DNA of 64,000 nt, taken from assembly GCA_047456295.1 (NCBI GenBank), contig CP179887.1, positions 45,944 through 109,943 on the forward strand, read 5' to 3'. The translations under genes and the position numbers were made by a program. This document shows, one piece after another, positions 1 through 9,636 of this stretch. Position 1 is the first letter of the stretch. Every line of letters begins with the position of its first letter. The notes under the pieces are model-generated. The model saw only the letters and a list, made by a program, of their open reading frames with translations, made no database searches and had not been told where the DNA came from. This DNA comes from Candidatus Nealsonbacteria bacterium (lineage in GTDB: Bacteria > Patescibacteriota > Minisyncoccia > Minisyncoccales > JANBVM01).

Positions 1-12
1 TAGCCAAAATTT

Positions 13-780
13 ATGGAGCTTCAATTTATCTATAGTTTAATAGTGAGTATTTTCATTGGCGGGGTGGCAGGTTTCTTGGGCTCTTTGATGATTACCAAAC
101 GAATGGCTTTAGTTGGCGATGCTTTAGGGCATGTTGCTTTGCCTGGCGTAGCCTTAGCCCTTATTTATGGATTTAATGTTTCCTGGGGAGCTTTAGTTTG
201 TTTATTTTTTGGAATTTTACTGATTTGGCTCTTTGAAATTCACACCAAGCTGCCAATGGAAGCCTTAACTGGAATTGTTTTTACTGCTTCAGTAGCCATT
301 GCCTTTTTGTTTTTACCTGAAACAAAAGTTTCAACTGCGCTAATCGGCGATATTTCTCAAATAGGGCTTTGGGATACTTTAGTTTCAGTAATATTTTGCA
401 TTGTTACCTTTTTGGTTTTAAAAAAGATTTTTTCAAAAATGATTTTATCTAATCTCTCAGAGAATTTAGCTAAGGTAGAAGGAGTAGATGTTGAAAAATA
501 TAATCTTATTTATCTGGTTTGTGTTGCAATTGTCGTTGCTTTAGGAATTAAGGTAACAGGTTCTCTTTTAATGGGTGCTTTAGTAATTACTCCAGCTGCA
601 GCCGCTCGCAATATTGCTCGTAATTTATCTCAATATTCCTACGGAGCACTCTTGATAGGTAGTTTTTCTTGTTCTCTAGGCGTTTTAATCTTCAAGGTCT
701 TTGGTTTACCTGCAGGTCCATTAATTATTTTAGTTGCTTTCCTAATATTTCTAATTTCATTAGTATTTAAACAAAAATGA
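13..780 (+). CDS. ABC-3 family metal (Zn/Mn-type) ABC transporter permease
   Basis: 255-aa polytopic membrane protein, ZnuB/MntB-like hydrophobic profile; no partner ATPase or SBP adjacent. Confidence 0.6.
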   Translation: MELQFIYSLIVSIFIGGVAGFLGSLMITKRMALVGDALGHVALPGVALALIYGFNVSWGALVCLFFGILLIWLFEIHTKLPMEALTGIVFTASVAIAFLFLPETKVSTALIGDISQIGLWDTLVSVIFCIVTFLVLKKIFSKMILSNLSENLAKVEGVDVEKYNLIYLVCVAIVVALGIKVTGSLLMGALVITPAAAARNIARNLSQYSYGALLIGSFSCSLGVLIFKVFGLPAGPLIILVAFLIFLISLVFKQK

Positions 781-1703
781 AGCTCGTAATTGCAAGTGGA
801 AAAGGGGGAGTAGGAAAATCAATGTTAGCTTCAAGTCTGGCAATACTTTTTGCTAAATCCAAAAAAATAGCAGCTGTAGATTGTGATGTTGATGCTCCCA
901 ATTTAGCTATTTGGTTAAATGAAATTAAAAATTCAGGGAAGAAAACCCCAATAGTTACTTCAGCTAAACCAGTAATTGATTATAAAAAATGTAATGGTTG
1001 TGGTTTATGTGTTGAGAAATGTCGTTTTGGAGCAATAAAAATGATAAATGGAAAACCCCGTACCAGAACAAGTTCGGTACGGGGCAGGCCTCAACTAAAT
1101 CCATTTTTATGTGAGGGGTGCGGTGTTTGTGAAATTGTCTGTCCTCAAGGGGCCATTAAATTAAAACCTGTTCAAAACGGGGAGATTATAATAAAGAATA
1201 CAAAATACGGTTTTCCTTTAATCATTGGAAATCTTTTACCTGGAGAAACAGGTTCGGGAAAAATAATAACAGAACTTAAAAAACAGGCAGACAAATCTGG
1301 CTGTAAGCTTCAAATCTTAGATTCTTCTCCAGGAACAGGTTGTCCGGTTATAGCTGCCTTACAGGATTCAAATTTTGCTATTTTGATTACAGAGCCTACT
1401 CCTTCAGCTTTTTCTGATTTAAAAAGGATTTTGAAAGTGATAAATCATTTCAATCTTCCTTACGAGATAGTAATTAATAAGTGGGATATTAATTCTGAAA
1501 TGGCTGATAAAATTGAAAAATGGGCCCTTGGGCATGGCTCAGGACAGACAGGTAAAAGAATTTTAGGTAAAATTTCTTACGATAAAAAGATATTTAAAGC
1601 AGTTTCTAACTTAAAGCCAATTGTAGAAACTAAACTTAAAGCCAAAACCGAAATTAAAAGAATTTTTAAAAAATTAGAGACTATTCTATGGCAAGACCAA
1701 TAA
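777..1703 (+). CDS. MinD-superfamily P-loop ATPase with inserted 2x[4Fe-4S] ferredoxin domain (COG1149-like)
   Basis: N-terminal KGGVGKS Walker A; two CxxCxxCxxxCP motifs; start overlaps upstream stop (ATGA). Confidence 0.75.
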   Translation: MKLVIASGKGGVGKSMLASSLAILFAKSKKIAAVDCDVDAPNLAIWLNEIKNSGKKTPIVTSAKPVIDYKKCNGCGLCVEKCRFGAIKMINGKPRTRTSSVRGRPQLNPFLCEGCGVCEIVCPQGAIKLKPVQNGEIIIKNTKYGFPLIIGNLLPGETGSGKIITELKKQADKSGCKLQILDSSPGTGCPVIAALQDSNFAILITEPTPSAFSDLKRILKVINHFNLPYEIVINKWDINSEMADKIEKWALGHGSGQTGKRILGKISYDKKIFKAVSNLKPIVETKLKAKTEIKRIFKKLETILWQDQ

Positions 1704-1966
1704 AACCAAGAAAAATTTTATTTAATCCAAATGTCACTTATTTTAAACCAAGAGCTATACCTCTTTCTGTGTTAGAAGAAGTGGATTTAAAAGTAGATGA
1801 GTTGGAAGCAATTAGACTTTGTGATTTAAGAGGATTAAGTCAAACCGAGGCTGCAAAGAGAATGAGAATTTCTCAAAGTACTTTAGGTCGAATTTTATCC
1901 TCGGCTCGCAGAAAAGTAGCTGAAGCTCTTGTTAAAGGAAAAGCAATTACAATAAGGAAGAAATAG
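1688..1966 (+). CDS. DUF134/UPF0251 predicted DNA-binding protein
   Basis: 92 aa, sigma70-region4-like HTH (LSQTEAAKRMRISQSTLGRIL); overlaps upstream Fe-S ATPase gene by 16 nt, a typical pairing. Confidence 0.65.
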   Translation: MARPIKPRKILFNPNVTYFKPRAIPLSVLEEVDLKVDELEAIRLCDLRGLSQTEAAKRMRISQSTLGRILSSARRKVAEALVKGKAITIRKK

Positions 1967-2063
1967 CAAGTATCAAGGTTGCCATATCCGAAATATTGGA
2001 TAGTGAACAATCTATCAAAAAAGAGATTTAACCTGTTTTAACAGGATTTTTATTTAAAGAAAC

Positions 2064-3341
2064 TTAGGGAATTAAGTTCTTGGAAGCCCATAGATTTTCT
2101 CCCTCCAGCACATACAGCTTTTTATCAACAGGATTCCAGAATATTTCAGAATTTTCAAATTCAGCTAAATCAATAATGTTTATTCTGTCTCGGTTGTCAA
2201 TCTCAGCAATCTTTATTTTGTTTTCAGTGTTGAATATTAAATATCTTGACATTAACCAGAAGACATCCTTGATTTTTTCTGAGAGTCTGACCAAAAAGAT
2301 GCTCTCTCCCATTTTTCTTGTTGGCCGGGTTGTTTTTTCTTTGAGAAACAGAACCCGGATTTCAGAATCTGAACAATAGACTAATTTCTTGCTGTCAGAT
2401 GAAATCTTCAAGGAATTGATTCCTTCAAAAAACCTTTCAAATATTTTTGTTTCTTGATTCAATAAATAGAGGATTTCTCCTCCTTCTTCTAAAAAGATAA
2501 AGTCAGGAAAAACATATAATTCATATCCTGTTTCTTTTTTTAGTGGAAAGGATGCTGTTGTAACCTTTTCTTTTAGAGAAAAAGAAGCATCTGTTTTATA
2601 AAGATAACCCAGGTTATCCAGATAATAGATGTCATTATTAAATTCTTCATAGGTTATGATATTTTCAGGGAGGAGTGAGGATTCTTTGGTTTCTTTTAAA
2701 ACAGGAGGAATCTTGTCGATTTCCAGGGCAAAGCTCTTTAATTGTTCTGCTGTAATTACCTTAAAATATATTTCCTTTCCATCCTTGGAAAACTCCAAAT
2801 CAAAAAATTCAGCTCCTTTTTTCGAAACATCGCTTTCTTTCAAGAGGTGACTTTTTAGGTTTTTATTCAAATCATAGAGTTTCAGGGTCCAAAGATTTCC
2901 TTCTTTTTCTTCCCACACCATTCTTTTTCCGTCAGGAGAAAACCAGAGATTCTTTATTCCATTGGATAATAAACTGAAATCAGCATCTTTTGGAAAAAGG
3001 ATAATTTCTTTTGCTTCCACCACCTCTTTCTCTTTTACTTCTAAATTCTTTTCCCACTCAAAGTATCCCTCTTTCTTTACCTTGATATTGTATTTTTTGG
3101 GCAATAGCTCCTCAATAAGGATTGAGCCAAAGAAGAAATCTGTTTTTCTGGAGAACCCTCCATCTATATATATCTCTGCTTGCCTGGGTACAGCTTTTAA
3201 GAAGATACCGCCTGTCTGGGTTAGTTTCTTGTTTTCAAAATCAAATCTATATCCCTGAAAGTAAAGCACCACCAGAGGGGCTGACAAAAGGAATATGAAG
3301 ACAAAGATGAAAAATATGATTCTGCGGGTTTTTTTCTCCAT
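2064..3341 (-). CDS. membrane-anchored PEGA-domain / beta-propeller-like protein
   Basis: N-terminal TM helix; PEGA-like segment (AEIYIDGGFSRKTDFFFGSILIEELLPKKYNIKVKKEGYFEWEKNLEV); TolB-like SPDGKRMVWEE repeats. Confidence 0.5.
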   Translation of the reverse strand: MEKKTRRIIFFIFVFIFLLSAPLVVLYFQGYRFDFENKKLTQTGGIFLKAVPRQAEIYIDGGFSRKTDFFFGSILIEELLPKKYNIKVKKEGYFEWEKNLEVKEKEVVEAKEIILFPKDADFSLLSNGIKNLWFSPDGKRMVWEEKEGNLWTLKLYDLNKNLKSHLLKESDVSKKGAEFFDLEFSKDGKEIYFKVITAEQLKSFALEIDKIPPVLKETKESSLLPENIITYEEFNNDIYYLDNLGYLYKTDASFSLKEKVTTASFPLKKETGYELYVFPDFIFLEEGGEILYLLNQETKIFERFFEGINSLKISSDSKKLVYCSDSEIRVLFLKEKTTRPTRKMGESIFLVRLSEKIKDVFWLMSRYLIFNTENKIKIAEIDNRDRINIIDLAEFENSEIFWNPVDKKLYVLEGENLWASKNLIP

Positions 3342-3470
3342 TCTTAATATTATATTTATTTAATAGCTTGTCTGCAAGTTTTTGGGGTTTAACCTCATAC
3401 AAAGATTTGCAAACTTTAAGACTTTAAATTATACTTAAATTGGATTTCCATAATTTTTAAGCCCAAAGAT

Positions 3471-4469
3471 ATGAAAATTGGCGTTGATTTAGGAACCTGT
3501 AATTCGGTTGTTTTTATTCCCAAGAAAGGAGTGGTTTTACAAGAGCCATCAGTGGTAGCTGTAGCTTTGGCAGAGAATGAGATTTTAGCTGTGGGAAGAG
3601 AAGCCAAAGAAATGATGGGCAGGACCCCTGATACCATCAAGATATACCGTCCACTTAGAGACGGGGTGATTGCTGATTTCAGGGTTACCCAGGCCATGCT
3701 TAAATATTTTATTGATAAAGCCCTGGGTAGATTTCGACCTTTTAAGCCTGATTTAATGATTGGTATTCCAGCTGGCATTACCTCTACTGAGAGGAGAGCA
3801 GTAATTGAAGCTGGCATGAATGCCGGAGCCAGGGCAGTTTATTTGGCAAAAGAACCAATCCTGGCAGCTGTGGGAGCCAATGTTCCTATCAATAGCTGCT
3901 CGGGCAATATGATTCTTGATATTGGAGGAGGAACATCTGAAGCTGCAGTAATTTCTCTGGGAGGAATTGTCAATTTTCATTCCATAAGGGTAGCTGGAGA
4001 TAAAATGGACCTGGCTATCTCTGATTACATTAAGAAAAAATACAATTTAGCCATCGGACAACAAACAGCCGAAGAAATAAAAAAAAGAATTGGTACAGCC
4101 TTACCTGATAAAGAAGAGAAAAGGATGGATATCAAGGGAAGGGATATGGCTCTGGGTTTGCCAAAGAACATTAAGATTTCATCAAACGATGTCTGTATGG
4201 CCTTATCTGATATTCTTTCAGAGATTATTCAGATGATTAAAATAGTGCTTCGGGATACTCCTCCTGAGCTCTCAGCTGACATACTGAACAAGGGTATGGT
4301 AATGACAGGGGGAGCTTCTTTGCTGAATAAGTTTCCAGCATTAATTGCCAGATCAATCGGTGTTCCAGCTATCTTAGCTGATGATTCCATTTTATGCGTA
4401 GCAAAAGGAACAGGAATAATGCTGGAAAATCTTGATCTCTACAAGAAAACCATAATGAGTAAGAAATAA
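3471..4469 (+). CDS. mreB: MreB-like actin homolog (divergent paralog)
   Basis: IGVDLGTCNS phosphate-1 motif; DIGGGTSE; collinear with second mreB at 8267. Confidence 0.8.
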   Translation: MKIGVDLGTCNSVVFIPKKGVVLQEPSVVAVALAENEILAVGREAKEMMGRTPDTIKIYRPLRDGVIADFRVTQAMLKYFIDKALGRFRPFKPDLMIGIPAGITSTERRAVIEAGMNAGARAVYLAKEPILAAVGANVPINSCSGNMILDIGGGTSEAAVISLGGIVNFHSIRVAGDKMDLAISDYIKKKYNLAIGQQTAEEIKKRIGTALPDKEEKRMDIKGRDMALGLPKNIKISSNDVCMALSDILSEIIQMIKIVLRDTPPELSADILNKGMVMTGGASLLNKFPALIARSIGVPAILADDSILCVAKGTGIMLENLDLYKKTIMSKK

Positions 4470-4470
4470 G

Positions 4471-5331
4471 GTGGTGGCTTTCATGATTATCGGTCATAAA
4501 AAACAACAACAATTTTTAAAAAAAATAATTAGCTCAAGAGAAATTCCCCATGCTTTATTGTTTACAGGTCCGGAAGGATTGGGAAAAAAGACAATAGCTT
4601 TACAATTCCTTTCTTCTCTTTTTGGAGAAAAACTCTTTCAACATCCTGATTTCAGTTTAATTACCCCTATAACAAAGCAGATTCAAATTAACCAGATCAG
4701 AGACCTCAGATGGAGATTATCTTTAAAACCAATTAAGGCCCCTCTTTTGGGAGCTGTTGTTGATAAAGCCCATTTAATGACCAGGGAAGCCCAAAACTGT
4801 TTTTTAAAGACCCTGGAGGAGCCCAAAAGCAGAAGCCTTTTAATTTTAATTAGTGAATATCCAAATTACCTTTTATCTACCATTGTTTCCAGGTGCGAAA
4901 AGATTAAGTTTTATCAGGTGGAAAATAGAGAAATAACCAGTTACCTGGAGAAAAAAAAGGTTTCCAAAGAAAAGATTGAGGAGATTGTTGAAATTTCTCT
5001 GGGAAGACCGGGAAGGGCTGTTAATATATTGCAAAACCCGGAGAAGTTGGAAGAAAGGAAAAAAAAGATAAGAGAGTTAATTAAGATTTCAGGTTCTCCT
5101 CTGTCTTTACGCTTTAAATATGTCAAGGAATTAGCCCAGCAGCAGGACTTGAAAGAAACCCTGGGCATTTGGTTGTTCTACTTCAGGAAGGGTTTAATTT
5201 CCTGTAGAAACCGCACAGAATTAATAAAGATAAAAAATATTCTTAAGGCCGTACAAGAAACAATGTTTTTACTTTCAACCACAAACGTCAATCCCAGGTT
5301 AGCCTTGGAAATATTAACAATGAAACTATAG
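4471..5331 (+). CDS. holB: DNA polymerase III delta-prime subunit
   Basis: HALLFTGPEGLGKKT P-loop-like clamp-loader motif, 286 aa. Confidence 0.75.
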   Translation: MVAFMIIGHKKQQQFLKKIISSREIPHALLFTGPEGLGKKTIALQFLSSLFGEKLFQHPDFSLITPITKQIQINQIRDLRWRLSLKPIKAPLLGAVVDKAHLMTREAQNCFLKTLEEPKSRSLLILISEYPNYLLSTIVSRCEKIKFYQVENREITSYLEKKKVSKEKIEEIVEISLGRPGRAVNILQNPEKLEERKKKIRELIKISGSPLSLRFKYVKELAQQQDLKETLGIWLFYFRKGLISCRNRTELIKIKNILKAVQETMFLLSTTNVNPRLALEILTMKL

Positions 5332-5339
5332 ATATTATT

Positions 5340-5912
5340 ATGGGTGAGGATAAGGTATCATATAAAGAAATTATTGAGAAGATTAAGCCTGAACTGGAAA
5401 AGGTCATCAATTTTTTGAGCAGGGAGTTGCAAAAGATTAGGACCGAGAGAGCTTCACCTTCTCTGGTGGAGGATATTAAGGTTGATTATTTTGGACAGAC
5501 ATTTTCTTTAAAACAATTAGCTGCAATATCCATTCCTTTTCCCAGAGAGATTCTCATTCAACCATGGGATAAATCATATATTGAAGAGATTGTAAAAGCC
5601 CTGGAAAAGAGCAGTATTGGAGCAAATCCTGTAGTTGATAGACACGTAATCAGAATCACCATGCCTTCCCTGAGCGAGGAATTCAGAAAGGATTTGATTA
5701 ATCTTACATCTGAAAAACAGGAACAGGCAAAAAGAACAATCAGGAAATGGAGGGATGAGGCCTGGGGGGAGATACAGGAAAGCTTTAGACAGGGAAAGAT
5801 GAGCGAGGATGATAAGTTTAAAGGAAAAGACGAATTGCAGGATTTGATTGATGATTTTCAGGAGAAGATTAAGGAAATGGTGGAGAAAAAGAAAAAAGAA
5901 ATAGAGAGTTAA
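5340..5912 (+). CDS. frr: ribosome recycling factor
   Basis: 190 aa; characteristic RRF sequence (VEDIKVDYFGQ...IRITMPSLSEE). Confidence 0.9.
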   Translation: MGEDKVSYKEIIEKIKPELEKVINFLSRELQKIRTERASPSLVEDIKVDYFGQTFSLKQLAAISIPFPREILIQPWDKSYIEEIVKALEKSSIGANPVVDRHVIRITMPSLSEEFRKDLINLTSEKQEQAKRTIRKWRDEAWGEIQESFRQGKMSEDDKFKGKDELQDLIDDFQEKIKEMVEKKKKEIES

Positions 5913-5922
5913 ACATTAAAAC

Positions 5923-7005
5923 ATGACGATTTTAACCCTTGCCATTGCTTTTTTTAGTCTTATTAGCTTGATAATTATCCACGAGTTGGGTCATTTTTTA
6001 TTGGCTAAGAAATTCGGTGTCAGGGTTGAAGAATTCGGCATAGGTTATCCTCCCCGTTTGATTGGGAAAAAAATAGGAGAAACCATTTATTCTTTAAATC
6101 TTCTGCCTTTTGGTGCTTTTGTACGCTTTCCCGGAGAGATTAAAAGGAAAGATGATCCTGGCAGTTTTTCTCAACAACCAGTGGAAAAAAGGTTTTTAAT
6201 TTCTTTGGGAGGAGTGCTTTCTTTTTGGATAATAGCAATTCTTCTTTTTGGTATTGTCTTTAGTATTGGTGCTCCGGTCATGGTTGAAGATGAAGATGTT
6301 TCTGGTTTAACTGAATCTGAGATCAGGATTGCTGGCATAGCTTTAAATTCACCTGCTGACAGGGCAGGTATTAAGATAGGAGATACAATAAAAGAATTAT
6401 TAGCTGGCAATGACAGATTAATCCCTGTAAAGATAAAAGAGGTGCAGGATTTTACAAATTCTCATTTAGGACAAGAGATTAAACTGACAATTGAGAGGGA
6501 ACAGGATTTTTTTGAAATATCCTTGATTGCCAGGTCCTCGCCTCCAGCTGGAGAAGGATCCATGGGTGTGATGTTGGTCAGGACAGCAATTCAAAAATAT
6601 CCCTGGTATCTGTCTCCCTGGCAGGGAATTTTAGCTACTGTAAGAACCACCTTTCTTATTATTAAAGGCTATATGACAGCCATTGGAAATATTTTTCAGG
6701 GGTCAGCTTCAGGGGTTCAATTAGCAGGACCTGTGGGTGTTTTTCAGATGTTAATCCAGAGCCAGCAGTTAGGATTAGCTTATTTCTTAAACTTTCTGGC
6801 TTTAATTTCTCTTCATTTAGCCATATTTAATCTTCTGCCTATTCCAGCAGTAGACGGAGGTAAGATGCTTTTTTTAGGCATTGAAGCTGTAAGGAAAAAA
6901 CCTGTTTCTGAAAATATCGAACAGAACATTACTGCTTTTTCCTTCATCATATTGCTTGTTTTAATGGTTTGGGTAACAATAAATGATATAACTAGGTTGT
7001 TTTAA
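5923..7005 (+). CDS. rseP: RIP site-2 zinc metalloprotease (M50) with PDZ domain
   Basis: HELGHF HExxH motif in first TM; central PDZ; C-terminal LLPIPAVDGG motif. Confidence 0.85.
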   Translation: MTILTLAIAFFSLISLIIIHELGHFLLAKKFGVRVEEFGIGYPPRLIGKKIGETIYSLNLLPFGAFVRFPGEIKRKDDPGSFSQQPVEKRFLISLGGVLSFWIIAILLFGIVFSIGAPVMVEDEDVSGLTESEIRIAGIALNSPADRAGIKIGDTIKELLAGNDRLIPVKIKEVQDFTNSHLGQEIKLTIEREQDFFEISLIARSSPPAGEGSMGVMLVRTAIQKYPWYLSPWQGILATVRTTFLIIKGYMTAIGNIFQGSASGVQLAGPVGVFQMLIQSQQLGLAYFLNFLALISLHLAIFNLLPIPAVDGGKMLFLGIEAVRKKPVSENIEQNITAFSFIILLVLMVWVTINDITRLF

Positions 7006-7008
7006 TAT

Positions 7009-8259
7009 ATGAGGCAATCTCAACTTTTTACAAAAACAATCAGAAAGGCACCCAGAGATGAAAAAAGCATAAATTCACGGCTTTTAATAAAAGCTGGTTT
7101 TATTGATAAATTAATGGCAGGGGTTTATTCTTATCTGCCCCTGGGGTTTCGGGTTTTAAAAAGAATTGAGAATATTATTCGGGAAGAAATGAATGGAATC
7201 TTAGGACAGGAGATTCTTTTGCCTGCTCTTCATCCCAGGAGCAGGTGGGAGACAACAAGAAGATGGAAGGAACAGATTATGTTTAAATTAAAGACTCGGG
7301 GGAAAAAAGATTATGGTTTGGGTTGGACCCACGAAGAGATTATCACTCCTCTGGTTAAAACCTTTGTTCAGTCATATAAGGACCTGCCTGTTTATGTTTA
7401 TCAGATCCAGGATAAATTCAGGGATGAGCTGCGGGCCAAGTCAGGGTTGTTAAGAGGGATAGAGTTTATAATGAAAGATCTTTATTCTTTTCACCAGGAT
7501 GAGAAGGATTTAGACAGATATTATGAGAAGGTAAAAGGAGCTTATTCCAGGATTTTTAAGAGATGTAAGATAGGCAGACAAACCTTTTTGACTTTAGCTT
7601 CAGGTGGGACTTTCAGCAAGTATTCTCATGAATTTCAAACCATAACCCCTTATGGCGAAGACTTGATATATCTTTGTAAGAAATGTAAGTTAGCTGTCAA
7701 TAAAGAGATTATAAAGGAGCAGAAATATAAATGTCCCAAATGTAAAAGCAAGAAGTTAGAGACTAAAAAAACCGTTGAAGTAGGAAATATTTTTAAACTA
7801 AAAGACAGGTTCAGTAAGGCATTTAATTTGAAATTTAAAGACAGGAATGGAAAAGAAAAAATGGTATTGATGGGTTCTTATGGTATTGGGCTGAGTCGAT
7901 TATTGGGTGCCATTGTGGAGGTCAACCACGATAAAAAAGGAATTATCTGGTCAGAAGAGACAACCCCTTTTCAGACTCATTTAATTTGTCTTAAAGACAC
8001 TTTAAAAACAAGGAAAACAGCTGAAAAACTATATCAGGATTTAAGCAAAAAAGGATTTGACCTGTTGTATGACGATAGAAAAGACAAGTCTCCAGGGAAG
8101 AAATTTGCAGATTGTGATTTAATAGGCATTCCCATCAGGCTTGTTATTTCTGAAAAAACCTTGAAAAAGAATTCCATTGAGGTTAAAAAAAGAAGAGAAG
8201 ATAAAATAAAATTAATAAAAATAACTGATTTAAGTAAGTTTTTAAAAAAGATAGTTTAA
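7009..8259 (+). CDS. proS: prolyl-tRNA synthetase, short form without editing domain, with Cys4 zinc-ribbon insertion
   Basis: N-terminus MRQSQLF...; class II motifs 2 (FRDELRAKSGLLRGIEF) and 3 (GSYGIGLSRLLGAIVE); CKKCK...CPKCKSKK insertion; 416 aa. Confidence 0.85.
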   Translation: MRQSQLFTKTIRKAPRDEKSINSRLLIKAGFIDKLMAGVYSYLPLGFRVLKRIENIIREEMNGILGQEILLPALHPRSRWETTRRWKEQIMFKLKTRGKKDYGLGWTHEEIITPLVKTFVQSYKDLPVYVYQIQDKFRDELRAKSGLLRGIEFIMKDLYSFHQDEKDLDRYYEKVKGAYSRIFKRCKIGRQTFLTLASGGTFSKYSHEFQTITPYGEDLIYLCKKCKLAVNKEIIKEQKYKCPKCKSKKLETKKTVEVGNIFKLKDRFSKAFNLKFKDRNGKEKMVLMGSYGIGLSRLLGAIVEVNHDKKGIIWSEETTPFQTHLICLKDTLKTRKTAEKLYQDLSKKGFDLLYDDRKDKSPGKKFADCDLIGIPIRLVISEKTLKKNSIEVKKRREDKIKLIKITDLSKFLKKIV

Positions 8260-8266
8260 TGAAACC

Positions 8267-9310
8267 ATGTTGAAAAAAGCCCTTAAAGCATTATCAGATG
8301 ACATTGCAATTGATCTGGGTACAGCCAACTCCGTGGTTTATGTGCGGGGAAGGGGTATTGTAATGCAAGAACCCTCCATAGTAGCTGTCAATCAAAAAAC
8401 AGGTCAGATATTGGCAATTGGTTCTGAAGCCAAAAGAATGGTAGGCAGAACCCCATCTCACATTGTAGCCACCAGACCATTAAAGGCAGGAGTGATTTCT
8501 GATTTTGAGATTACAGAACAAATGCTCAGGTATTTTATTGAAAAGACCAGAAAGAAAAAATGGATTAGACCAAGGGTTATTATTGGAATACCATCTGGAG
8601 TAACACAGGTGGAAAAAAGAGCGGTTATTGATGCTACCAGGTCAGCTGGAGCAAGGGAGGTTTTTTTGATTGACGAACCCATGGCATCTGCTATTGGAGC
8701 CCGTCTTCCTGTTCAGGAACCAGGTGGCAACTTTGTCATTGATATCGGGGGAGGGACAACAGAGGTGGCAATCATTTCTTTGGGAGGAATAGTTTTATCA
8801 AAGAGCTTGAGGGTAGCTGGAGATAAACTAAACGAAGACATCGTGCTCTTTGCCCAAGAAGAGTACAAATTATTAATTGGTGAAAGGACGGCTGAGTCAA
8901 TTAAGATTGCCATAGGTTCAGCTTACCCTTTAAAAGATAAAAAAGAGATTCCAATGAGGGGTAGAAACCTGGTTACCGGTCTTCCTGAAGAGGTTTTGAT
9001 TTCCAACAAGGACGTGAAAAGAGCAATGGATAAATCAATTAATCGGATTGTAACTGAAATTAAAACAGCCATTGAAGAGACTCCGCCTGAACTGCTGGCT
9101 GATATAATGACAAAAGGAATATATATGGCAGGAGGAGGTTCTCTTTTAAAAGGATTGGATGTGTTGATTCAGAAAGAAACAAGGATTCCGACAAATATCA
9201 TTGAAGACCCCATGACAGCTGTGGTAAGGGGAGCAGGAATGGTATTGGAGAATTTGGATGAGCTGCACGAGGTATTGTTAGAAACATGGGAGTTGGAACC
9301 CCCAAAATAA
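8267..9310 (+). CDS. mreB: rod-shape protein MreB
   Basis: IAIDLGTANS; DIGGGTTEVAI; full-length 347 aa. Confidence 0.9.
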   Translation: MLKKALKALSDDIAIDLGTANSVVYVRGRGIVMQEPSIVAVNQKTGQILAIGSEAKRMVGRTPSHIVATRPLKAGVISDFEITEQMLRYFIEKTRKKKWIRPRVIIGIPSGVTQVEKRAVIDATRSAGAREVFLIDEPMASAIGARLPVQEPGGNFVIDIGGGTTEVAIISLGGIVLSKSLRVAGDKLNEDIVLFAQEEYKLLIGERTAESIKIAIGSAYPLKDKKEIPMRGRNLVTGLPEEVLISNKDVKRAMDKSINRIVTEIKTAIEETPPELLADIMTKGIYMAGGGSLLKGLDVLIQKETRIPTNIIEDPMTAVVRGAGMVLENLDELHEVLLETWELEPPK

Positions 9311-9312
9311 TT

Positions 9313-9600
9313 ATGATTTCCAAAAAAGAAGTTCAACATATAGCTCAACTTGCCAGATTGGGTTTGAGCAAGAAAGAAACAGAGAAAATGCAAAAAGACC
9401 TCTCTTCTGTTTTAGATTACATTGAAAAATTAAAAGAGGTTGATATATCAGGTGTTGATGTTTATTCTCCTTTAGATGGTCTTGGAAACGTGATGAGGGA
9501 AGACAGAATAAAGAAAGAATCAAAGAAGAAGGATAAGAAATTATTAGAACTGGCACCTGAGAAAAAGAACGGATATTTAAAGGTAAAACAGGTACTTTAA
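9313..9600 (+). CDS. gatC: Asp/Glu-tRNA amidotransferase subunit C
   Basis: MISKKEVQHIAQLARLGLSKKE... GatC signature; start chosen at internal ATG just after mreB stop. Confidence 0.8.
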   Translation: MISKKEVQHIAQLARLGLSKKETEKMQKDLSSVLDYIEKLKEVDISGVDVYSPLDGLGNVMREDRIKKESKKKDKKLLELAPEKKNGYLKVKQVL

Positions 9601-9636
9601 TATTTTTGTATTAACACAAAGTCTGTCAATGTTTTA

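Noticed and set aside
3416-3980. Minus-strand ORFs 3416..3817 and 3753..3980
   Set aside because: They lie entirely antisense to the well-supported mreB paralog and are AT-rich reading-frame noise.
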